From Rickettsiales bacterium (GTDB lineage Bacteria; Pseudomonadota; Alphaproteobacteria; G027485855): a stretch of DNA of 64,000 bases. The notes below the pieces were generated by a model. The model was not told the DNA's origin. It made no database searches and was given only the letters and a program-made list of their open reading frames with translations. The position numbers and the translations under genes were made by a program. Shown in pieces: positions 30,005 through 38,555 of this stretch. Where the stretch lies: assembly GCA_027485855.1 (NCBI GenBank), contig JAIXQD010000019.1:146256-210255 (forward strand), written 5' to 3'. Numbering within the stretch: the stretch's first letter is position 1; every line of letters begins with the position of its first letter.

Positions 30005-31179
30005 CAGTCTAACTCCGCCGAGAGGCCCTTGGATAACAGCAAATACCAGCGCCGCTCGATAAGCCCCTGCTCGAAGGCATTACGGGCGCTGCGCTCCATG
30101 GGGCAGCCCCAATCGGGCACAACGCGCTGAATTTCGTAGGTCCAGCGGTCGATGGGCATATCCAGCATTTTTTCGCGCAGGTTATCGTCAAAAACCATAT
30201 ATTCACGCAGGCCGATGCGCCCGCCACCAATTTTGGGCACCAAGGTTTGCGTCACTACCAAGCGCAAAGTTTCCATCAGCGCCATGGCGCGCTCAAGCCG
30301 CTCGGCTGGCTCAAACACCGAAATCATCCGCCGCACAGTTGCGGCAACGCCAATGGTGTGTGCGGTTGAATAAACTGTGTGGCCCGTTTGCGCGGCCTCA
30401 ATGGCGGCCGACACGGTTTCACGGTCGCGGGCCTCACCCACCATAATAATACTGGGCTTACGCCGCAAAGCATTGCGTACACCGGCAGCAAAATTGGGCA
30501 AATGGCGCGGGATTTCGCTTTGCGAAACAAGACTGCGCGGGCTGCTGATGCTGTCATAAACATATTCGATGGGGGCTTCGTAAGTCAGCAGCTTGCCGCA
30601 GCCTTGCGGGCGCTCAACCAACATACGACAGCCCGCGGCCAATAAAGTGGTTTTGCCGCTGCCCGTGGGCCCCGTGACTAAAACCAAACCTTGCCGTGGC
30701 GCCCAATTTTCGATGATGTCTTTTTCAATACCTAAATCCAATAAAGTGGGCGGCAGATTAGGCAAGGTGCGCAAGGTGACTTGCACAGCATCTCTGCCAC
30801 GCGACAACACCGCCGTGATATTCACCCGAAAGCGGATGCGCGTATTGCGGTCGGTTTTTATTTCGTAGGATAAATCAAGGTCGCGGCCCGAGGCCAGTTT
30901 GGCCAAAGCATCTGGCCCATAAAGCCGATTGAGCAAGGCGGCCATATCCGCACTATCGAGCGGGCGGCGTGTGCCAACCCGCAAGCCGCCATCAACTTCA
31001 ATCATGAGGGGGCGGTCTGACTGAATGTTGATATCGGAGGCGCGCTCGCGCACCGACCACAGCAACATACTATCAACGAGATCTTCGCGTAAACGCGGCG
31101 GCTCATCGGGCCAGAAAACGCCGGGCGCTGGCTCGATATCGAGGTCTTTTGGGTCTATTGTTGTGGGGCCGGCAGCCAA
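30004..31179 (-). CDS. dotB: DotB/TraJ-type (PilT-like) hexameric ATPase
   Basis: Has Walker A GPTGSGKTT, RFRVN, MVGEARDRET and STAHT. Follows the dotD-dotC-dotB synteny seen in Legionella and IncI plasmids. Confidence 0.85.
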   Translation of the reverse strand: MAAGPTTIDPKDLDIEPAPGVFWPDEPPRLREDLVDSMLLWSVRERASDINIQSDRPLMIEVDGGLRVGTRRPLDSADMAALLNRLYGPDALAKLASGRDLDLSYEIKTDRNTRIRFRVNITAVLSRGRDAVQVTLRTLPNLPPTLLDLGIEKDIIENWAPRQGLVLVTGPTGSGKTTLLAAGCRMLVERPQGCGKLLTYEAPIEYVYDSISSPRSLVSQSEIPRHLPNFAAGVRNALRRKPSIIMVGEARDRETVSAAIEAAQTGHTVYSTAHTIGVAATVRRMISVFEPAERLERAMALMETLRLVVTQTLVPKIGGGRIGLREYMVFDDNLREKMLDMPIDRWTYEIQRVVPDWGCPMERSARNAFEQGLIERRWYLLLSKGLSAELD

Positions 31180-32072
31180 CGCTCGCTCCGCGTGTTGAAT
31201 TGTGGCTGACCCGTGATGGTCACAGCGCGATCACCCACACGCATTTCAGTGCCATCACCCGACACGCCGCGCTCTTCTAACAGCGCAAAAGGCTCGCTAA
31301 TCATGCCTTGCTGCAATAATTCGCGGTAACGCACCATGCCGACAAAGTCGGCGGTCAAGCGGTCGAGATCGGCTTGAAAAACCTCATCGGCCTGAGTGCG
31401 GCCAGCTTCCCAGCCTTGGCGCAGATATTTTTGCCAAAGAATTTTTTCCTCGGCATTTTTGGGCAGCAATAAATCGGGCGGCGGCAAAACCTTACCCCAA
31501 TCGCGCTCTAAATAGAGACGCCAATCACGGGCGGCCGTGACAATACGCGCTTGCCGATTAATTTTAAGCACGCGCTCGGCCGTGGCTGCCGCTTGCCCGC
31601 CCGCTGTGACTAACACGGCACGCTGCGCCTCACTTACTACGGGCGGCTCAATGAGCAAGCCAGATGGCGCTTGCACCAAAAGCTGCCGAAAATCGAAGGT
31701 GCGGCTGAGCGCGCTATCTTGCTCGGCTAAGCGGCGCTGAATTTCGAAGGTGCGCAACGCCAAGCCAGCCCGTGCGCCATAAGATAAAGCGGCCTCGCGC
31801 AGGCCATCGGTGCGGATTTGCAAACCCATAGTGTTGCCAATCGTGCTTTCATCGGTGCCGCGGCGCTCAAGATTAAGCATATCAACCAGCGCAGGCGGTG
31901 GCGGTGAAGGCTCAACCACATTGGGCGTATCAAGAACATCTTGTGCCTGTGCCACCATGGGCGCGGCAAACAGTAAAGCCGCCAGCAGCAGCGCCAGAAT
32001 AGTTGGCTGCAGTTTTTTAGAGGCTGTTTTTGGCAACATAGCGAATTTCAATAGCATTGCGGTTGGGGTCAA
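31155..32072 (-). CDS. dotC: DotC/TraI(IncI)-family outer-membrane-associated protein
   Basis: About 300 aa with a signal peptide (LLAALLFAAPMVAQA). The call rests on size and its position between dotD and dotB. The true start is probably an internal Met (32057 or 32039). Confidence 0.7.
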   Translation of the reverse strand: MTPTAMLLKFAMLPKTASKKLQPTILALLLAALLFAAPMVAQAQDVLDTPNVVEPSPPPPALVDMLNLERRGTDESTIGNTMGLQIRTDGLREAALSYGARAGLALRTFEIQRRLAEQDSALSRTFDFRQLLVQAPSGLLIEPPVVSEAQRAVLVTAGGQAAATAERVLKINRQARIVTAARDWRLYLERDWGKVLPPPDLLLPKNAEEKILWQKYLRQGWEAGRTQADEVFQADLDRLTADFVGMVRYRELLQQGMISEPFALLEERGVSGDGTEMRVGDRAVTITGQPQFNTRSERWLPAPQQ

Positions 32073-32514
32073 CAGTGAGATCGCCCTGATTGGTTATCTG
32101 CAAGCCAACATCGCGCAAGACATGCACCAGCGGTTGCTCATAAGCATCGATATTGACCACCACCGGCACGGGCGGACGCGAGCCTAAAGTGCGATAGCTA
32201 TAGCCTGCGCGCATGGCCAATAACTCGGCAATTTGCTCGGCAGGCCCGCTCCAACGAATAGTTGTGGGCGTTTGCAAGGCGCTGGGCGCTGAAGCCACAT
32301 CATCAAAGGCGGTGGGCATGGGCGGCGTGCGGGTTTGCTCAACGCGCGAAATAGTTTGCAAGGCTGTCGCCGCTTTATTAGCGGCCTCTGCTATACGCAG
32401 CGACACCGAATCGGCCGCAGCCAAAGTGGGTGTGGGTGGCGGGCGACGCGCATTAGGATTGGCGCAAGCGACCAATGCTAATAACAGCGGCAGTAAAATA
32501 ATGTGGCGCATCAA
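32017..32514 (-). CDS. dotD: DotD/TraH(IncI)-family lipoprotein
   Basis: 165 aa with the lipobox LLALVAC. Size and position are typical of DotD. Confidence 0.72.
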   Translation of the reverse strand: MMRHIILLPLLLALVACANPNARRPPPTPTLAAADSVSLRIAEAANKAATALQTISRVEQTRTPPMPTAFDDVASAPSALQTPTTIRWSGPAEQIAELLAMRAGYSYRTLGSRPPVPVVVNIDAYEQPLVHVLRDVGLQITNQGDLTVDPNRNAIEIRYVAKNSL

Positions 32515-32643
32515 AGCTTCCTTACAAAATTTTTCTTATAGACAAAAGATAAAGCAAAACACCCAACTTGGCTATGCCCTCGCAGCAACACCTCGCCATT
32601 ACTTAAGCTTACCATGCCTCAACACCATCATGACTCACTGGCG

Positions 32644-32919
32644 CTACTTGCTATAAAGCCAAGCAAAACCAGCCAGCGTTGCGGCAGGCAGTAATTTTAT
32701 TAACCCGCTAATGTAACGACCCTCTATTACATCAACCACAGCCAGCATAAAAACCCCGCCCGATGCCAAGCCAAAAATAATCACACCGGGTGGTAGGCCC
32801 AGCCATAATTTATTTTTGGCCGCCGTAAGGCCACCAAGACCCGCAAGGCCTTGTGGTTTTTTGCTGACCATGGCGGGCGGCGCGGCACTGGTTTTTTGCG
32901 GCAGGTTTTTATCGGTCAT
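32644..32919 (-). CDS. Small two-TM membrane protein
   Basis: 91 aa with two hydrophobic helices. No recognisable family. Confidence 0.45.
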   Translation of the reverse strand: MTDKNLPQKTSAAPPAMVSKKPQGLAGLGGLTAAKNKLWLGLPPGVIIFGLASGGVFMLAVVDVIEGRYISGLIKLLPAATLAGFAWLYSK

Positions 32920-32934
32920 GCTTTTGTGGCTCCG

Positions 32935-33867
32935 CTATTGAACTTTTACCGGTGGCGGCAAATCGGCAATGATTTGGCTGATTTGCTCGGGCACGCCATC
33001 AACCACTTTCACCACGCCTGCTCTATCGCGATAAACAATATAAGGCGTTGATGGCAGTTTCCACCGATCGAACAAAGCGCGATTAGAAATAACTTTTTGC
33101 AAACCGGGTAAGGGCGGGTTATCGGTGAGACCATCAAGCTTGCCATCGACAATGCGGTTCCAGCCGGCTTCTTTGTCGGCCATTTCAAGCCAATGGGCGG
33201 CAATATTGCGCGAGCGCTCGCCCAAAATATCCACCGGCACGAGGCGCAATTTCACGCTGCCCGCTTTCAGGTAAGGCTCGGCAAATTGCCCCCAAGCTTT
33301 TTTGCAGTGACGGCAGAGTGGGTCAACCACCATGGTCAGTTCTGGCGCATTGGCTTGGCCAATAGTCACGCCGTGCGCTGCCACGAGTTCGCGTAAAAGT
33401 TTTTCACCTGGCGAGACCGCCGCCGCACTCAGTTTTTGCTGACGCAACACATCGTCTTTGACTTGGCCGAAGGCATCTTGCATCTGGTTCATGCCTTGCT
33501 GAAACAAGGCCGCCACACGCGGGTCGCTATCGCGCAAGCGCTGCAATTGCTGGGCGGTGACCAGCTCGTCCTTATCGTTATAAAGCGCGCCATTCATCAG
33601 ACCGCGGCGGTCGGGCGTGGCGTAAAGGATTTGAATATTATCGTCGCGCTGCAATAAAAATCCGGGCATGCCATACTCATCGCCCAGATAAAAAACATTG
33701 GTGCCCGGCTGCACCATTTTTTCAATGAGCGCTTGGGCGGTGGGGTCGGGCTTGCCGAGTGCCGCGCCAGCCAAAGGGTTATCGGCCGTTTGTGCCATGG
33801 CCATAACCGGCAGCAAGAGGCCGAACAACAAAGCCAGAAAAGAAACGGGCAATAAACGCTTAACCAT
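32935..33867 (-). CDS. Periplasmic DsbC/TrbB-like thiol:disulfide interchange protein
   Basis: Has a signal peptide and the thioredoxin-fold CxxC motif VVDPLCRHCKKAW. Confidence 0.75.
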   Translation of the reverse strand: MVKRLLPVSFLALLFGLLLPVMAMAQTADNPLAGAALGKPDPTAQALIEKMVQPGTNVFYLGDEYGMPGFLLQRDDNIQILYATPDRRGLMNGALYNDKDELVTAQQLQRLRDSDPRVAALFQQGMNQMQDAFGQVKDDVLRQQKLSAAAVSPGEKLLRELVAAHGVTIGQANAPELTMVVDPLCRHCKKAWGQFAEPYLKAGSVKLRLVPVDILGERSRNIAAHWLEMADKEAGWNRIVDGKLDGLTDNPPLPGLQKVISNRALFDRWKLPSTPYIVYRDRAGVVKVVDGVPEQISQIIADLPPPVKVQ

Positions 33868-33899
33868 GGCTGCACCCCTTAGGAAAATTATCTGATACC

Positions 33900-34394
33900 T
33901 TACCGCATCGCCAAAACTTGACCATTGACTGAACGCTCGGGCGCAATTTTGCTGACTGGCCCCACTGAAGTTGTTGGGGGGTAGTCTTTAATCAGCCCCT
34001 TGCGCTGCATGGCCAAAACAACCTTACGCGCATAGGCATAACCCAATTGTGGCGTGGCCGAATGGTAACGGGCAAAGCCGCCAAAAACCGAGCCGGTGCT
34101 TTTTATGTGCGTTTTCAAAATCCATGCCGCGACATGGGTATTGACGCATGGATCATCGCGCACCCAAGCCCGCGCGGTGCGCTCATCGACCTCCCACATT
34201 TTTGCAAGCTGCGGCAACCACACAGTGTTGATTTGCATGGGGCCTAAATCGTAGGTGCCGTTAGTATTAGGCCCCACCTCTTGCCCAACTCTGCCGCCCT
34301 CAACTTGATAAATGCCCACCAAATAGGCGGGCTCAAAGCTATAGAGCTGCGCTGCTGCAACAATACATGCCGCAAGTGTAGAGACAACGCCCAT
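33900..34394 (-). CDS. SLT-domain lytic transglycosylase (VirB1 / R64 PilT-like)
   Basis: Has IYQVEGGRVG (catalytic Glu context) and YDLGPMQINTVWL. Confidence 0.85.
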   Translation of the reverse strand: MGVVSTLAACIVAAAQLYSFEPAYLVGIYQVEGGRVGQEVGPNTNGTYDLGPMQINTVWLPQLAKMWEVDERTARAWVRDDPCVNTHVAAWILKTHIKSTGSVFGGFARYHSATPQLGYAYARKVVLAMQRKGLIKDYPPTTSVGPVSKIAPERSVNGQVLAMR

Positions 34395-34396
34395 GG

Positions 34397-35260
34397 CTAG
34401 CTTAACCCCGTATCATCAAGCTGGGCTGTGGCGGGCGGATCAACATAAGCCGCAAGCGTAGCCAGCATTGCCATGCGCTGATCAAATAATTGCCAGACAC
34501 GCTGCATCGGCACGACATTGCCATGCTGGGTGAAATAAGCCGCCCGCTCTTCTGGGTTCATATAGAGCAAGCGATCGGCCTCGGCATAATGGCTTTCAGT
34601 GTAGAGCTGGCCTGCGGCTTTTAAAAAACTATAGGCCAATGTCCGCCATTCGGCAGCAGAGCAACCGGCAGGCGCCAAGGCGCGGGTAAGTTGGTCGGTG
34701 GCCAGCACCAAACGCTCGGCAATGTCGGCAAGCAGGGCATGCTCTTGCCGGTTAAAGGCATATTGCGCAACTGCGCCCACCACCGGCGATAAAGCCTCAA
34801 GCATGCGCGCCCTAAAGGTGGCCAAACTATTGGCAGGCACATCATCATCGGCGCTGTGCAGCTGGGGTAATTTTTGCTCTAGCTTGAGCAGCAGGGCCAC
34901 GACAGCATCGGCCTCGGCCATCTCAAGCGGGCGGCCCGACGCACGATAATGTGCGGCAACGCATTGGCTGGCGGCACCCGTCACCGCCCAACGCGCCCAA
35001 TCATCGGCACCTTGACCAGACGCACCCAAATTTGCGGCAATGCTCTCGCTGAGTTGTGCAACACGATCGGCCAGCTCTTCAATGGTGTTGCTGGCATTGG
35101 CGATGGTAGCTTCATCTTGCCCGGCGGTGGGCGACACCTCACACACAGCGGCCAAGAGCGGCGCTGCCAGTTTTTGCAACATGGCCGTCAGCGCCCGCAG
35201 GCGCAGCGTGTCGGCCGAGATTGCGGTGTCTATATTTTGCGAGGGGGCGGGCGCGGTCAT
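34397..35260 (-). CDS. Hypothetical cytoplasmic protein
   Basis: 287 aa, helical and Ala/Leu-rich, with no signal peptide. No recognisable family. Confidence 0.45.
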   Translation of the reverse strand: MTAPAPSQNIDTAISADTLRLRALTAMLQKLAAPLLAAVCEVSPTAGQDEATIANASNTIEELADRVAQLSESIAANLGASGQGADDWARWAVTGAASQCVAAHYRASGRPLEMAEADAVVALLLKLEQKLPQLHSADDDVPANSLATFRARMLEALSPVVGAVAQYAFNRQEHALLADIAERLVLATDQLTRALAPAGCSAAEWRTLAYSFLKAAGQLYTESHYAEADRLLYMNPEERAAYFTQHGNVVPMQRVWQLFDQRMAMLATLAAYVDPPATAQLDDTGLS

Positions 35261-35266
35261 AGAGCT

Positions 35267-35836
35267 TTATCTTTTGTCTGGAATAAGGGGAGCAGTTGCA
35301 GGAGCTGGCACAGAAGAGGGTGTTGTGGCTTGTGGGGCACGCAAACGCGCCAGCTCTTTTTCGCTGCTACGATATTGGCACAAACCATAGCTAAGGCTGC
35401 CATTGCTGCCGCCTTGCTCATCGGCAGTGGCCGTATTGCAGGCCGCATCACGCGCCGCGACAAATTTATCAAAAGCCGCTTGTACGGCAGGGTCGATTTT
35501 TATGGCTGTGCCATCAGTGGGCTTTTGCTCGGTGGGTTTTTGCTGAGTGGGGCTGTGCATCGATTGCATCTGCGCTAACAGCACAGCATCAAGCTTGGCG
35601 CCTTCTTCGAAAATGCAATCGGTTTGGGCTAAAATATTTTCTAGCTGTTCGCAGCGGCTTAAATTGGGGGCTTTGCTATTGGCTGCCTCGGATGCTGCGG
35701 GTGCAGCCTTTGCGGCCACGGGCGCTGCTGTTTGCGAATGCGCCGGCAGCACAAAGGTCGCCGTGATAAGGCCAAATAAGGCCAAGGCGGTGATAAGCAA
35801 GCGCATGCGCATGATGCTCTTTTTTTGCTGTTGCAT
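35267..35836 (-). CDS. Periplasmic DUF1311/LprI-like protein; candidate immunity protein for the upstream lysozyme-like tail
   Basis: Has a signal peptide and a DUF1311-like Cys pattern: CEQLENILAQTDC...FVAARDAAC...GSNGSLSYGLC...ELARL. Its RBS AGGAGG lies inside the last codons of the upstream gene, with the ATG 3 nt after the stop. Confidence 0.55.
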   Translation of the reverse strand: MQQQKKSIMRMRLLITALALFGLITATFVLPAHSQTAAPVAAKAAPAASEAANSKAPNLSRCEQLENILAQTDCIFEEGAKLDAVLLAQMQSMHSPTQQKPTEQKPTDGTAIKIDPAVQAAFDKFVAARDAACNTATADEQGGSNGSLSYGLCQYRSSEKELARLRAPQATTPSSVPAPATAPLIPDKR

Positions 35837-35839
35837 GAC

Positions 35840-38137
35840 TTAGCCTCCTGGTCTTGTTGGCGCTGCGGGTGCTGCAGCCGGACAGCTTGCCCGAACAATA
35901 TCCTCAATCTCGCGGGTGTAGCGCCCCTGACAGGCCGATGACCACCCACCTGTTGCCGCAGAGCAATACCCACCCCGCGAACGATACAATGCCCGCAATT
36001 GCGATTCAATGTCCATTGAGCGCCAATTGGGGTTTTCGCGCTCAAATTTGCTGAGCAAGGCGCCAACATTACCATGCTGCACGCCAATTGACCACATGGC
36101 CTGCTGCACACGAATATCATTCATATCCCAGCCACCCTGCCGGCGGAAATTATTAACGGCGTTACCGTAATTAACCCGCCTGATATATTCGTGCTGCATT
36201 TCGGCAAAATTGGGGTCGTTGATAGATTTCCATGCATTTTCAAAGGCGCGCCACGTTGTGGGGGTTGAGCCACGGCCATTATTGGGCGGCAAGAGCGGCT
36301 CAAGCCTTTGCCGAACCGGTGAATTGGCCGGAAGGCCCCGCACAAAAGCATGTACACTGCCCGCGGCGCCAGCCAATTGATAGCTCCCAAAAGACTTGCC
36401 GCCACGATCGCGCAAAGCCGCAGCATCGGAATTGACCGAGTTTGGATTGCCGTTCGATTCATAGCGAGCGGTAATCGTGCCAAGGCGGCATGCATCAATA
36501 GGTAAGCCACTGCCACTGCCCGGCCCCGTGAAGAAATCAAAGCCCTCGGGCACGCGCGCCAAAGCACCCAAAGCAAAATCGATATATTCGACATCAGCCA
36601 TCACGCCATTTTCGTCGGGCACATCAAAGACCGAGCCATAGCCTTTAGGCAAAGGCCGCTGCACGGGCTGTGCCCCCGCAGGTAAAACGGGATGCGGAAT
36701 ACGTTTTTTATCGGCCGACATCAGCGTGGCCTCAAGCAGCATGATTTGTTCAATCAGCTGGTTTTTGCGCCATTTAAGCTGATTAAGCGTGCCGAGGCTT
36801 TGATTGATATAACGCAATTTCACTGTGTCCGGCGCGGACGACGCGGCAATGTGCCACCTTGTGCTGAAACGCTCAGAAAACATCAATTCCATAATTTTAT
36901 GCTCGGACAACATCACATTATCCGGAATGGTATAGCCGGCTTCTTTCATCATGCCGCGCCCCCAAGTGAGAATACCCTCGGTGCTGCCGGCTTGGGGTGC
37001 CACCGGCATACGGCGCGCAATAATTTGCTGGCAGGTATAAAAAGCCAGCTGATTGCTGGCCTGCCAGCCACGCAATTTCATCAGATAGACCGGATTGGCG
37101 TTGGCTAAATTACCGCGCACCGGATCAAGCACGGTGGGCAGTACCACATTATCGCAATAAGCTTTGGCGGCCGCGCGCGCCCAGTCAGGCTGCTCGCCCG
37201 CCGCTTGCTGGCGCAAACGCAAAATATCATGCACCAGAATGGAGCGCGGATTTATATCCATATCGGGCAAAGCACCATTGATTTCTTTTGCATCAGCGCC
37301 ACGACAGCGCGGGTCTTGCGGGTTGGTGCTTTTACAATCTTGGAAAGAATGCATGCGGTCTTCGAAGCGCTTATTCACATCGGCCAACATGCCACGCGCT
37401 GCGGCAATTTCGCGCGCGGGCTGGCTAGAGCTAGATTGACCAGAGCTAGTTTGGCCAGAGCGAGACTGGCCTGCGGCGGGTGCTGCACCTGCCGGAGCTG
37501 CGGCCACTGCCGAAGCTGGATTTGCGCTAGCTGGGTTTGCAGATGCGCCACCCACTCTGCTAACGCCGCCACTATTGCCGCCACTATTGCCGCCACCCAG
37601 CGAGGCCGCCACTTGCTGCATACGCTCGGCGCTACTATCTTGCGTGCGATTAAGCAAACGATCTTCGGCTGACGCTGCCAGCAACGCTGCTTGCATTACG
37701 GTATTAGTTTCAACGGCGGCTAAATCGCGCTGGCCAGAGGCCACAACACAGCCTTGCCGACCCACATCGGGTGCAAATTTTTCGGCCACATCCATTTTGG
37801 CGCGGCGCTGTAAATTTTCGTATTTATTTTGAATTTCGGCGTTGGCAATTTTGCCCTTAACTTGTGCGCGCAATTGCTCGGCGGTGATATCGGCCGTAGC
37901 ACCCGCGCTTTTTAGATATTGCATTAAAGCCGCAAACACCGTTTGCAATATGGTGGCAACGCCGCCAATAGCCACACCGGTTGCCGCCATGGGAGCTGCG
38001 GCCGCATTACATTCGGCTTCAGCGGGGGGACATTGTACAACAGCCATCGACGCACGCACTGGCACAAGCACCAGCACGCCCGCCAAAATCATATGGCGAG
38101 TAAGCCTCATAATATTAAGCTTACGGCTTGATTGCAC
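35840..38137 (-). CDS. Paralogue A: shared N-domain plus a C-terminal lysozyme/SLT-superfamily-like domain
   Basis: GTG start with AAGGAG 5 nt upstream. Has a signal peptide, then a hydrophobic segment. The N-domain is very similar (by eye) to paralogue B. The C-terminal tail of about 221 aa (35843-36505) has ARYESNGNPNSVNS...GGKSFGSYQL, which resembles the E-S...N-P...G..G..Q pattern of SLT/VgrG3-type muramidases. Confidence 0.75.
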   Translation of the reverse strand: MQSSRKLNIMRLTRHMILAGVLVLVPVRASMAVVQCPPAEAECNAAAAPMAATGVAIGGVATILQTVFAALMQYLKSAGATADITAEQLRAQVKGKIANAEIQNKYENLQRRAKMDVAEKFAPDVGRQGCVVASGQRDLAAVETNTVMQAALLAASAEDRLLNRTQDSSAERMQQVAASLGGGNSGGNSGGVSRVGGASANPASANPASAVAAAPAGAAPAAGQSRSGQTSSGQSSSSQPAREIAAARGMLADVNKRFEDRMHSFQDCKSTNPQDPRCRGADAKEINGALPDMDINPRSILVHDILRLRQQAAGEQPDWARAAAKAYCDNVVLPTVLDPVRGNLANANPVYLMKLRGWQASNQLAFYTCQQIIARRMPVAPQAGSTEGILTWGRGMMKEAGYTIPDNVMLSEHKIMELMFSERFSTRWHIAASSAPDTVKLRYINQSLGTLNQLKWRKNQLIEQIMLLEATLMSADKKRIPHPVLPAGAQPVQRPLPKGYGSVFDVPDENGVMADVEYIDFALGALARVPEGFDFFTGPGSGSGLPIDACRLGTITARYESNGNPNSVNSDAAALRDRGGKSFGSYQLAGAAGSVHAFVRGLPANSPVRQRLEPLLPPNNGRGSTPTTWRAFENAWKSINDPNFAEMQHEYIRRVNYGNAVNNFRRQGGWDMNDIRVQQAMWSIGVQHGNVGALLSKFERENPNWRSMDIESQLRALYRSRGGYCSAATGGWSSACQGRYTREIEDIVRASCPAAAPAAPTRPGG

Positions 38138-38163
38138 AAATGCTCCTTATCGGTTTGTTGTCA

Positions 38164-38547
38164 CTACTGTGTTAATTTATCAAATAACTTAAGTGCGGTT
38201 TCTCGCGGCACGCCATTGCTACGCAAAACGCTTTCGCTGGGCACGCCGCCATCAAAATACAGCACCGACCATTTGCCCTTATCTTGCTTAAGTACAAATG
38301 GACCCGCCGACACTTCGTCCTGCCAATAGCCCGATACATAAGGCGGCACCGAGCGGCTAACACTAATTTCCATGCCGGCAACCTTACCGGGATTAAGCAA
38401 GCCCTCGGCCACGGCTTGCATTTTTTGGTCGGCCGCTTCAACACCCGCTGGTAATTTTGCCGGCGCGCTTTGGGCGGCATTACCGATGCCAAACACCGTT
38501 AAAACCAAAACCAAGAACGAGCCAAAAAAGATGCGCTTATGTTTCAT
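38164..38547 (-). CDS. Small periplasmic protein; candidate immunity protein for the upstream CHAP tail
   Basis: 127 aa with the signal peptide MKHKRIFFGSFLVLVLTVFGIGNAAQS. The ATG lies 8 nt after the upstream stop, with a GGTAGGAGA RBS. Confidence 0.5.
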   Translation of the reverse strand: MKHKRIFFGSFLVLVLTVFGIGNAAQSAPAKLPAGVEAADQKMQAVAEGLLNPGKVAGMEISVSRSVPPYVSGYWQDEVSAGPFVLKQDKGKWSVLYFDGGVPSESVLRSNGVPRETALKLFDKLTQ

Positions 38548-38555
38548 AGTGTCTC

